Source of the DNA: Candidatus Nanoarchaeia archaeon
GTDB lineage: Archaea; Nanobdellota; Nanobdellia; Pacearchaeales; GW2011-AR1
Direction: 5' to 3'
NCBI GenBank assembly: GCA_035283785.1
Contig: DATETG010000005.1
Location: 2,902 to 66,901 of the forward strand
DNA length: 64,000 nt
A model generated the notes under the pieces. The model had not been told where the DNA came from. It searched no databases and worked only from the letters and a program-made list of their open reading frames with translations. The translations under genes and the position numbers were made by a program. Shown here piece by piece: positions 48,474 to 57,458 of this stretch; the stretch's first letter is position 1, and every line of letters begins with the position of its first letter.

Positions 48474-48773
48474 ATGAGCGAGAGAAAAGAAGCTTTCATG
48501 AGACTTTTGATTGGAATTATCTCTGGAATCACGATGGCTGTTTGGAAGTGGCTTGTTTATGTTTTCATAATTCTGAATCTTTTTTATACTCTCATAAAGG
48601 GAAAAAGATCAAAGGAGCTTTCCAATTTAAGCGAGGTATGGAATACTCAATGGTACATTTTTTGGAGATACATGATTTTCCTATCAAACAGAAGGCCTTT
48701 TCCCATAGGTCATTTGGAAAAAAACATAAGCAAACACGACTTGCGCCCAGCACATCGTTTTAAGAAAAAATAA
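48474..48773 (+). CDS. small hypothetical membrane protein
   Basis: Two hydrophobic helices (LIGIISGITMAVWKWLVYVFIILNLF). Preferred over the overlapping frame 48467..48763. Confidence 0.3.
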   Translation: MSERKEAFMRLLIGIISGITMAVWKWLVYVFIILNLFYTLIKGKRSKELSNLSEVWNTQWYIFWRYMIFLSNRRPFPIGHLEKNISKHDLRPAHRFKKK

Positions 48774-48778
48774 TTATA

Positions 48779-49144
48779 ATGGAATCGACGCTGATAAAAA
48801 TTGAGGAGGCTTACCTGCCTCGCCCAACCAAACCGAGAACTAAATGTCCTTTTTACGGGTTCAGGATGTCAAATGGTGTAATGGGCGATTCAGGGAGCAA
48901 TCAATGTGGCTTGGTTATAAACATGGCTAGTCCATGTCATATGGAATTTGAAGAGGGTGATTTTCCCAACTGGAATGCCTGTCCCTTAAACACCGTCGAG
49001 AGAAGAGGCTATCTCGACATGGTTGCAGATTCAACCAAAGTTTTTCCTTACGAATTTTGCATTAAAAAAGGCGGTAAATGGGAAGGCATATCGCTAAAAG
49101 AGTGGGCTGCTTACATCGAAAGTTTGGGTCGAGTAAAGATTTAG
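48779..49144 (+). CDS. hypothetical Cys-containing protein
   Basis: 121-aa ORF with 5 Cys residues (CPFYG...CGLV...CHMEF...CPLN...C). No motif recognised. Confidence 0.3.
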   Translation: MESTLIKIEEAYLPRPTKPRTKCPFYGFRMSNGVMGDSGSNQCGLVINMASPCHMEFEEGDFPNWNACPLNTVERRGYLDMVADSTKVFPYEFCIKKGGKWEGISLKEWAAYIESLGRVKI

Positions 49145-49180
49145 AGAAAGATTTTTGAACACCCAAATACATTTTATTTT

Positions 49181-49921
49181 ATGAAAAAACTCAACGATTC
49201 TGTTGCAATAACGTTGATAATCGTGTCGGGAATAATTTTGCTCTCATTAATGGGAATGTTTTATTGGAATTCCCTCAATCCTTCAAATACGATAAGCTCC
49301 AGCGGATACGCGACGATAAAAACAATGCCTGACATAGTATCTGTTTACTTCAACGTGCAAACCTACGGAACAACCAGCTCGGAAGCCAGCGATGAAAATT
49401 CAAAAATAGTTGAGGCAATGAAAAATTCCCTGAATGAAGGGGGTTTCAGCGACGAGGAAATTCAAACGCAGGGTTTCAGCGTTTATCCTGAGTATGATTA
49501 TTCAAAATCAAATCCTACAATAACAAGGTATGTTGCCGTTCATTCGTTAAAAGTAGAAATGCCTGCCGATGAAAGAAGCAACATTGGAAAAGTCATTGAT
49601 TCAGGAGTTAATGCGGGAGCGGGAATCAGTTACATTAATTTTGAGCTGAGCCAGGAAAGGCAGAATGCATACAAAGCAGAGGCGATAAAGCAAGCAACAG
49701 TCGACGCAAAAACAAAAGCAGAAGCACTTGCAGAAGGTGCGGGCGAAGAGCTTGGAAAATTGGTCTCTGTTTCAACAAGCGATTTCTATTACCAGCCCTG
49801 GCAAATTTTTGCATCGTCGACGGGAAAAGACACTGTCGAGGCAAGAGAAGCGGCTACGAGCATAACGCCAAGCGAGCAGGAAGTCAGTGCGAGCGTAACT
49901 GCCGTGTTTAAAGTGAAATAA
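49181..49921 (+). CDS. SIMPL/DUF541-domain secreted or membrane-anchored protein
   Basis: N-terminal TM/signal and an Ala/Glu-rich region (IKQATVDAKTKAEALAEGAG) typical of SIMPL proteins. Confidence 0.45.
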   Translation: MKKLNDSVAITLIIVSGIILLSLMGMFYWNSLNPSNTISSSGYATIKTMPDIVSVYFNVQTYGTTSSEASDENSKIVEAMKNSLNEGGFSDEEIQTQGFSVYPEYDYSKSNPTITRYVAVHSLKVEMPADERSNIGKVIDSGVNAGAGISYINFELSQERQNAYKAEAIKQATVDAKTKAEALAEGAGEELGKLVSVSTSDFYYQPWQIFASSTGKDTVEAREAATSITPSEQEVSASVTAVFKVK

Positions 49922-49969
49922 TTTTTTAAGTATACAAATTTTTAAGAATTTGAGAAAATTCCAAGATTC

Positions 49970-50530
49970 ATGGAAGAAGAGATGTCTCGTCAATTTACTG
50001 AGTTAATAGGAGACCTATTAAAAATTGGTGTAGACATTGATGAAAAAATTGTGAGGATGGACGATCCTAAAAAAAGAGGCTATGAAAAAATAGAAAATTT
50101 CTCTGAAAAAATAAACGAATTTTTAGTTATAAACAATTTTCTAAAAAAAAGACTGTCTGATATAGAAACAATCGCTTGGGAATTTAATATCACTAATGTA
50201 AAAAATTCTTTTAAAGAAATGTTCGAATCAATAAAAAATCTAAAAGAATCGGATAGTGATGGAGGTAGCGAAATTATTCCCTCATTTCATAGATCAAAAA
50301 TAAGAATGAGTCTTAACAAATGTGCGATGAGTTTAAACTCAATAAATTTTATTCATATAAACAAGGAGATGTTATTAAGAGAGAAGATTTATAACAAAAT
50401 ACACGAATTTGACGAAGTAAAAAATATTTTGAAAGAAAAAAGGTTGCTTAATGATGAGTGGGGACCTGCGACATTGCTCCTTCAATCAATAGAGATGGTG
50501 GTAAATAAAAAATTAGCAGAAAAAAACTGA
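49970..50530 (+). CDS. hypothetical protein. It probably extends by 59 more codons to 50723 (total 245 aa) after a frameshift in an A7 tract at 50518-50524.
   Basis: The ORF stops directly after the A7 run. The -1 frame (i.e. one A fewer in the run) is stop-free from there to the TAA at 50721-50723 (WEEHKFKERLSLLGIDEVGV...RRIIKKLLEIP), exactly filling the gap to the recombinase gene. Confidence 0.4.
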   Translation: MEEEMSRQFTELIGDLLKIGVDIDEKIVRMDDPKKRGYEKIENFSEKINEFLVINNFLKKRLSDIETIAWEFNITNVKNSFKEMFESIKNLKESDSDGGSEIIPSFHRSKIRMSLNKCAMSLNSINFIHINKEMLLREKIYNKIHEFDEVKNILKEKRLLNDEWGPATLLLQSIEMVVNKKLAEKN

Positions 50531-50720
50531 ATTGGGAAGAACATAAGTTTAAAGAAAGATTGTCTTTGCTAGGAATTGATGAAGTAGGGGTAATAATTAA
50601 CAACGCTTTCTGGGATTTAAGATCAAGGATTCTTCACAATGGATATCTGCCAGACTCGGATGAGTTAGAGATAATCAAAATAGGTAGTAGAAGAATTATA
50701 AAAAAACTTTTAGAAATACC

Positions 50721-51491
50721 TTAACAAATCCCCCTCTCATTCAACTTCTTCTGAACATGGTTAAACAACGTTGAGGAAATCAAAGCTTGGTGGAAGCCAA
50801 TATGAATTTGTCCGTCAAACTTTATTTTTCCTAGATAAGTTTGGTTTTTTAGAATTTTTTTCAATCCATTAACTGAGAGATTGTGTTTTTTTGATAACTG
50901 GGTGAGAGAGATATTATTATTCAAAAATTCCTGGAAAAGTTCTCCTACAATATAAGAGTCTTCTTTTGGAACTAATTTTTTGTCAACTATTTTATAGCCG
51001 AAGGGCGCCCTTGAGATGGGGTTTCCTTCTCTAGCTTTTTTATCAAGAGAGAATTTAGTTCTTTCTCCGGTGACATTTCTTTCAAATTCTGCAAAAGCTG
51101 AAATAATATGGAACATAAGTTTACCTGATGCACTTGTAGTTTCTATTTTATCTTGAAGGGAAACAAAATCTACTCCCCACTCCTTAAGCTTTGCAATTGT
51201 ATCTATCAAATCTTTTAATGAACGTGAAAACCTATCAAGTTTGTAAATAAAAATTGCCTGGATTTTTCTGTTTTTTGCATCTTCCAAAAGATTTCTCATC
51301 TCAGGTCTTCCTTTAATGTCTTTTGCCGATTTTCCCTCATCCCTATAAACTTTGAAAATATCATAACCTAAAGCAGATGCATAATTTTTTAGTGCTTCCT
51401 CCTGTGCTGAAAGAGAAATTCCTTGTCTTGCCTGTTCTTCTGTTGAAACGCGAATATAAATTGCTGCCTGTGATTTTGAATTTTCTGCCAT
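50721..51491 (-). CDS. serine recombinase (resolvase/invertase family)
   Basis: N-terminus AAIYIRVSTEEQ...GISLSAQ...LDRFSRS matches the catalytic-Ser resolvase domain (YxRVSTxxQ, D..SR). A C-terminal ~100-aa extension follows. Confidence 0.85.
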   Translation of the reverse strand: MAENSKSQAAIYIRVSTEEQARQGISLSAQEEALKNYASALGYDIFKVYRDEGKSAKDIKGRPEMRNLLEDAKNRKIQAIFIYKLDRFSRSLKDLIDTIAKLKEWGVDFVSLQDKIETTSASGKLMFHIISAFAEFERNVTGERTKFSLDKKAREGNPISRAPFGYKIVDKKLVPKEDSYIVGELFQEFLNNNISLTQLSKKHNLSVNGLKKILKNQTYLGKIKFDGQIHIGFHQALISSTLFNHVQKKLNERGIC

Positions 51492-51723
51492 TTTCCTCTT
51501 TTTAGTGTGAACTTAGACCATTAAAGTTAAGGTGCACGTTACCTAAGAGGACACTAAGTATATAAATTTTACGTTGAAAAACAGGGTTTTTAGGGCCTAA
51601 AGGGCAAAATGGGATTCATACAGTATAAATTGCGTGGAGTTCTTATGTGTGAGTTTATTTTTGGAGACTTTTGTATACTTAGACTATCTAAGTGAACAAC
51701 TCAAAGGATAAATTTGAAAAAAT

Positions 51724-52020
51724 TTAATGAAGAGAATTGACCTCTTTCTGAAGAAGCTCTGCATAAAAACCCAAACTGGTGTAGAGATTTCCCGTTGTGG
51801 GATAATCTTGATATTGTTTAAATCTTTCTTTTATATGTGCACCTTTAAATGAGAGTGTTCCTGCTTTCAAATCGATTTCAACTAGGGATGCAAGCAGGCT
51901 CTTTACATTTTTTTCCGCCAGTTTGTTCTGTAATTCAACTATTCTATTTGTGGCTTCATCAAAGGCTCTTCTAACATCTGTTTCTGCAAGTTTTCCACAA
52001 TATTCTGCAAACTGTCCCAT
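51724..52020 (-). CDS. hypothetical protein (98 aa)
   Basis: ORF preceded by the shared TGTGAACTTAGG motif. No motif recognised. Confidence 0.3.
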   Translation of the reverse strand: MGQFAEYCGKLAETDVRRAFDEATNRIVELQNKLAEKNVKSLLASLVEIDLKAGTLSFKGAHIKERFKQYQDYPTTGNLYTSLGFYAELLQKEVNSLH

Positions 52021-52131
52021 TCTTTATCTTAAAAAGTAGGATTTAAAAAATTTGTGATATGTGAACTTAGGTAACCTAAGTTAAAGAGAGATGGAACTAA
52101 CCGAAAATATAGTAATCCTGAGTACATCTAC

Positions 52132-52566
52132 TCAAGAGATTGTTTTTTCGTGAATTTCTCTGAGGATCTCGTCTTTTTTTGGAGAAAACTTGCTGACAAG
52201 AACAATACCTATAACTGCGACAAATGTTGTGATCAGGGTCGAGTAAAGAATTCCAAAAGATTCTGACGCAGGAAATCTGAAAAAGTCAACTATATGGGTC
52301 GTGTAGTTCACGATGGTGTCTCTCCAAACAAGTGCCAGCAAAAAACCAAAGGCCGCAACCACTGCGGTAATAACCTGTTTTTTTACTTCCTGTTCAAAGA
52401 CCTTTATGGATTTTAGTGAAAGATCCAAGGCAAATTTTGTTTTTTCTTTCTGCTTTGCAAGTTCCTGCTGTAACTTATTTATTTGCTGACCTTGAATCTC
52501 ATCGACACTGGAGTGTTTTTCAAGTTCTTGCTTTATCTCTGTTATTTGTTTTTTTGAAATTTCCAT
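52132..52566 (-). CDS. hypothetical coiled-coil protein with two C-terminal TM helices
   Basis: N-terminal Q/E/K-rich heptad region, then AVVAAFGFLLALVW and LITTFVAVIGIVLV TM segments. Confidence 0.3.
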   Translation of the reverse strand: MEISKKQITEIKQELEKHSSVDEIQGQQINKLQQELAKQKEKTKFALDLSLKSIKVFEQEVKKQVITAVVAAFGFLLALVWRDTIVNYTTHIVDFFRFPASESFGILYSTLITTFVAVIGIVLVSKFSPKKDEILREIHEKTIS

Positions 52567-52665
52567 GAGAAAAATTAAAATAAAATTGCTTCTTAAATTA
52601 TTATAATTATTCTTAAGGAGTGATCTGTCCTTTTTGTGAACTTAGGACAGCTTAGTTCATGTACG

Positions 52666-52717
52666 GGTGTTTAAAAGGTAAACAGGTGTTTGTGGGTGTT
52701 TAAACAGGTGTTTAAAA
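52666..52717. repeat. iteron-like array: 4 direct copies of GGTGTTT(AAA) at 10-19 nt spacing in a divergent promoter region
   Basis: GGTGTTTAAAA at 52666, CAGGTGTTTGTG at 52685, GGTGTTTAAAC at 52695, CAGGTGTTTAAAA at 52707. Further copies in both orientations lie at 53090-53131 inside the downstream ORF. Confidence 0.6.
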
Positions 52718-52857
52718 TAAAAATCTTGAAAAATTTTATGTTTTTGAAGAAATTTTTCTATAATTTATTGCTCTCTTTAGAAGAGCATTAACCCTAAAAA
52801 TTATTTTTTTCACGACGAAAAGAAAAGATTTTTAAAGTTAGATGTGTAAAAATTATA

Positions 52858-53454
52858 ATGTTCTGGTGGTTTTCTGGGAAAAAAGAGGTCGAACGAGTCA
52901 GGGAAGATGTTAAGGAAAGTTTTGAGTTAGTAAAAAAAGACATGAATGATCTTGGAGAATGGATTAAGCATCTTAACTCCCACAAGGAAATGCATAAAAA
53001 AGATATCGAGAGTATAAGGGATATTTTATCGTCGATAAAGAAAGACGTTGATGAAATTAAAAATTCATTTGAAAGTCAAGAAAGTACTGAAACACCTGTG
53101 GTGTTTAAAACACCGAAACGGGTGTTTAAAAAACAAACAGCTGTTTATGCTGTTCAAACAGCTGTTCAAACAGCTGTTCAAACACCCAAATTAGAACATT
53201 TCTCAATAACAGAAAGAGCGATTCTCTGGATTTTGTTAAACACAGACATGAAGCTGAGTTATGAAGATATTGCATCAATACTCGGAAAAGAGAGATCAAC
53301 AATAAGAGGTCAAATTAATACCATAAAACAGAAAAGTGAGGGCTTAATAATGGAAACTTCGGAGAAAAATAATAAGAAAAGAGTGTTTATACCTGAAAAT
53401 ATGAAAGAAAAACTCCTCAAAAAGGCAAAAGTGAGAGTTAAAAAAAGGAAATAA
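52858..53454 (+). CDS. coiled-coil plus C-terminal winged-HTH DNA-binding protein, with a (TAVQ)n low-complexity linker
   Basis: N-terminal heptad-rich region. The linker AVYAVQTAVQTAVQT is encoded by a 12-nt tandem palindrome. The C-terminus ERAILWILLNTDMKLSYEDIASILGKERSTIRGQINTIKQK is HTH-like. Confidence 0.45.
   Translation: MFWWFSGKKEVERVREDVKESFELVKKDMNDLGEWIKHLNSHKEMHKKDIESIRDILSSIKKDVDEIKNSFESQESTETPVVFKTPKRVFKKQTAVYAVQTAVQTAVQTPKLEHFSITERAILWILLNTDMKLSYEDIASILGKERSTIRGQINTIKQKSEGLIMETSEKNNKKRVFIPENMKEKLLKKAKVRVKKRK
53136..53183. repeat. tandem 12-nt repeat CAAACAGCTGTT (about 3 copies), each containing the perfect palindrome AACAGCTGTT
   Basis: Direct reading at 53136-53183. It is in frame within CDS 52858..53454. 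Confidence 0.7.
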
Positions 53455-53527
53455 ACTTAAAACATTAAGAGAAATGAGGGAAAATTTAGTAGAATTAGCA
53501 GGAGAATTAAAAATAGAGGGATCTTAT

Positions 53528-53566
53528 GTGGGTAAAAATACTTTCTTTTATCTTATTTTTACCCAC
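53528..53566. terminator. 11-bp perfect inverted repeat (GTGGGTAAAAA ... TTTTTACCCAC) between convergent genes; a likely bidirectional terminator hairpin flanked by T/A runs
   Basis: Arms at 53528-53538 and 53556-53566 with a 17-nt spacer. It lies between the stops of 52858..53454(+) and 53630..54313(-). Confidence 0.45.
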
Positions 53567-53629
53567 TACAAGTTATAATCTTCTTCAGATGCACACAAAA
53601 CAAAAGTTATTCGGTGAACAAGAAAACTA

Positions 53630-54313
<684 letters not shown>

Positions 54314-54583
54314 TTAACTCGCCATACTCTTGTAGGTGTTATAAACCTTATCATTAAGCTTCCAGCGCATTCTTCGGGAGTACAGAATCCCTTTAGGGTT
54401 CCTATTTATCCCAACAACCAAATTTTTGGATTTTAATTCAGAAAGCAGGTTCTTAACAAACTCTTCATCTCTGGCTATCTCCACAGCTATATTTGAGGTG
54501 AATAAAGGTCTTGGAGAAGATGAGTAAAGAAGAGACAGAATCTGCTCAAAAATCTTCTCTTTCTTTTGCCAGGAAATTTTCAT
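54314..54583 (-). CDS. small winged-helix DNA-binding protein
   Basis: 89 aa. FEQILSLLYSS...IAVEIARDEEFVKNLLSELKSKNLVVG has an HTH plus wing-like pattern. Confidence 0.35.
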   Translation of the reverse strand: MKISWQKKEKIFEQILSLLYSSSPRPLFTSNIAVEIARDEEFVKNLLSELKSKNLVVGINRNPKGILYSRRMRWKLNDKVYNTYKSMAS

Positions 54584-54683
54584 GAAGAGAATTTTATTTC
54601 CAATTATATAAATTTTTAGTTTATTAAAAACTTAACAAGACTAAGAGGTTTAATAAAAGTCGGAAGAAGTTTCTCGGTCAAAT

Positions 54684-55094
54684 CTATTTTTTTATGTCCT
54701 TCACTGTTGGAAGGGGGATATGGAGGGGCAGACCCATTTCATCCTCTAACTGAAGAGCCTTTATGTTTGATTTCTTTAATATAACATTAAAGAGCATCAC
54801 CTTGTATTCAGATGGAAAAATCTCTTTGTCTTTCCAACTTTTCATAAAAGACTTAAATTCTTTTGAATCGACCATCAACAACAATATTCCTTTCAAATCA
54901 ACCTTTGCAATGTTTGGAGAATAACTTATCACGTACCTAAATCTTACCTCAATGAGGCTTTCTTTTGAAATAATGTCTGACTTCGCCTCTTCAACAGACT
55001 CTATATCTACATTACTCTCGATTTTCAAATCCTTGAAGTCATTTGATTCCTTCTCTACATTCACCTTGGTAAAATTAAATCCGATAATCTTCAT
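54684..55094 (-). CDS. hypothetical protein (136 aa)
   Basis: Clean ORF in the leftward operon. No motif recognised. Confidence 0.3.
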   Translation of the reverse strand: MKIIGFNFTKVNVEKESNDFKDLKIESNVDIESVEEAKSDIISKESLIEVRFRYVISYSPNIAKVDLKGILLLMVDSKEFKSFMKSWKDKEIFPSEYKVMLFNVILKKSNIKALQLEDEMGLPLHIPLPTVKDIKK

Positions 55095-55215
55095 TGGAAC
55101 CCTAAAGGAAAAATGTTTTTAAATATTTCTGTAAGAAAAACTCTGTTTTTGTGTTTGAAGAGTGTATAGAATGTGAAATTGTCTTTTTGGAAAGGTTGAG
55201 TTCTTTAAATCCGGC

Positions 55216-55473
55216 TTAGATAAGGTCTTCTTCTGAGACTATCAAGAAATCTCCTATTGCAATCACAGAATTGTAAGGAATAAGTATCTCGTTATTGCTT
55301 ACCCTCTCCAAATTAAGGTTTTTGGTGTAGGGTGTTGGATCCTTCACTACGACGTTGATTATCTCTCCGGAATTGGTTTCAAAGGTAAGATCCTTTACAA
55401 ATCCAAGTCGCTTACCTTCTTTTGTAACTATCATCTTTCCTGTTATAGAACTAAAAGGATTCCTTTCATTCAT
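55216..55473 (-). CDS. PRC-barrel-like domain protein
   Basis: 85 aa. ITGKMIVTKEGKRLGFVKDLTFETNSGEIINVVV fits the PRC-barrel pattern (G..V....G..lG.V.D...D...G.i). Confidence 0.45.
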   Translation of the reverse strand: MNERNPFSSITGKMIVTKEGKRLGFVKDLTFETNSGEIINVVVKDPTPYTKNLNLERVSNNEILIPYNSVIAIGDFLIVSEEDLI

Positions 55474-55590
55474 TTAAAATCATGATATTGGAATTTTATA
55501 AACTTTTCTGTGAAATTTTGTATATGTCCCGAAAAGAAAAAAATAAAGAAAACTAAAGAAAAATAGAAATAAACCTCTCAAAAAGTACAA

Positions 55591-56108
55591 GGGTCACCCC
55601 GCGGTTTCGTGTGGAAAGGTTTAAAAAGAAAATTCAAATTTTTTATATTTATTATTAATTTAAAAAAATTTATATTATATACTATATACTTATTACTTAT
55701 TATATTATATATTTATTAATATTGTATATTTATTAATACTACACAATTTTATGATACCTCCATTTATATTACACTGTTATCATATCATACAATTTTATTA
55801 GACAACTGTTGGTATTCTATAGCTATATTATCCTTGTCCAGTCTACAATTTTATTTTGTGTTATAAACTTATTACTTTGTTTGTTTGTGTTATATAATTC
55901 GTACACCTTGTTGTGTAGGATCACTGTAGGTCAATTTTATTGTGTAAGGTAGAGTTTTTGGATTCTCTATCTTCTCCCTTTGTACCTCCATGTCTCTCTC
56001 ACTTTTTTTTGCATTTCACATTCTGTTCTCACTTTACCCTTTGTTCTTCTGATTTTATTTTTTCCCGCGTCTAACTAATCTTTGAAAAATAACATTTCCA
56101 CAGGAAAC
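55591..56108. other. oriC: chromosomal replication origin (oriC): a full ORB-like element, an AT-rich unwinding region, and a mini-ORB, directly upstream of orc1/cdc6
   Basis: ORB-like element at 55591-55619 (reverse complement: CCTTTCCACACGAAACCGCGGGGTGACC, close to the archaeal ORB consensus TTCCA..GAAAC....GGGG). Extreme AT-rich repetitive DUE at about 55640-55900. Dyad mini-ORB TTTCCACAGGAAAC at 56095-56108. The orc1/cdc6 start lies at 56220. Confidence 0.6.
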
Positions 56109-56219
56109 ATTGGTGTCTTTCTTTTTTAGTAGTCATAATCCTTTATATACCATTCAAGTTTAATATCGAGTATAAATTTTTATTTTCCTAAGTTTCTATA
56201 GGAAATAAGGGTGTGACAC

Positions 56220-57458
56220 ATGGCAAATCAACTAGACAAAATATTTGAATCCTTTGACAAAAACTTTATTTTCAAAGACAAATCTGCACTGCAGATAAAT
56301 CACCAGCCAAAAGAGATAATCTACCGCGACGAGCAAATCAATCAAATAGCATCTATTCTTGCGCCGATTTTGAGGGGTGAAAGGCCGAGCAACCTTTTCC
56401 TTTATGGAAAAACGGGAACCGGAAAAACACTTTCAATAAAGCATGTCCGAGAGCATCTTCTAAAAAGAGTGAAAGAAGATGTTGGCTTCCAGCTGAGAAT
56501 AGAGTATCTTAATTGCAAATTAAAAAAAGTATCCGACACGGAGTACAGGATTTTAGCAGAGTTGATACGAAAAATGGGTGGTCAAGTTCCTACAACTGGC
56601 TTACCAACAGAATCTGTTTACAATAAATTTATAGAGATAGTTGATGAAAAAAAACAACTGGTAGTTTTGATACTTGATGAAATTGACTACACTGTTAAAA
56701 AAATATCGGATGACTTTTTGTATAATCTGACTAGATTAAACTCGGAATTGTCAAAAGCACAGATTTCCATTGTAGGAATAAGCAATGACCTGACTTTTTT
56801 AGAGAGTGTGGACGCAAGAGTAAGAAGCTCTCTTTCAGAAGAAGAAGTGATCTTCCCCCCTTATAATGCCGTTCAACTGAAAGAAATTCTAAAGAAAAGG
56901 GCAGACGAAGTTTTCAAACCAAATGTGGTTAATGAAGGGGTTGTTGAGAAGTGTGCAGCATACGCGGCACGCTCTCATGGTGATGCCCGTCGCGCCCTTG
57001 ATTTGTTGAGAGTTGCAGGAGAACTTTCAGAGAGAGAAGGTTCCAAGAAGATTCTGTTGGCACACATCGATGCTGCAAATGAAAAGATTGAGAGAGACAA
57101 GATTCTTGATGTAGTAAAATCCGAGCCAAAGCAATTCCAGTATGTTTTGTACTCAATAATCAAACTCTCGGAAAAAAGCAATCAAAAAAAACTTTCCCAA
57201 AAAAATGAAAGAGAATACTCACTGTTCACGGGAGAAATCTACAACTATTACAGAATGTTGTGTGAAAGAGACAAAATGGAAATTCTTACGCAGAGAAGAG
57301 TGAGTGATGTAATTCAGGAATTTGACATGTTAGGAATAATAAATGTAAGAGTCATATCAAAAGGGCGCGGAGGAAGGATGAGAGAAGTTAAACTGGCAGT
57401 TTCACCCCCAATAGTTGATAAAGTAAAACAAATAATAGAAGAGTCGCTTTTCAAATAG
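56220..57458 (+). CDS. cdc6: Orc1/Cdc6 replication initiator
   Basis: AAA+ Walker A LFLYGKTGTGKT, Walker B LILDEID, and a C-terminal winged-helix domain. 412 aa. Confidence 0.95.
   Translation: MANQLDKIFESFDKNFIFKDKSALQINHQPKEIIYRDEQINQIASILAPILRGERPSNLFLYGKTGTGKTLSIKHVREHLLKRVKEDVGFQLRIEYLNCKLKKVSDTEYRILAELIRKMGGQVPTTGLPTESVYNKFIEIVDEKKQLVVLILDEIDYTVKKISDDFLYNLTRLNSELSKAQISIVGISNDLTFLESVDARVRSSLSEEEVIFPPYNAVQLKEILKKRADEVFKPNVVNEGVVEKCAAYAARSHGDARRALDLLRVAGELSEREGSKKILLAHIDAANEKIERDKILDVVKSEPKQFQYVLYSIIKLSEKSNQKKLSQKNEREYSLFTGEIYNYYRMLCERDKMEILTQRRVSDVIQEFDMLGIINVRVISKGRGGRMREVKLAVSPPIVDKVKQIIEESLFK

Noticed and set aside
48467-48763. Alternative 98-aa frame overlapping 48474..48773
   Set aside because: The other frame has two clean hydrophobic helices and a better start context. 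Only one of the two can be real.
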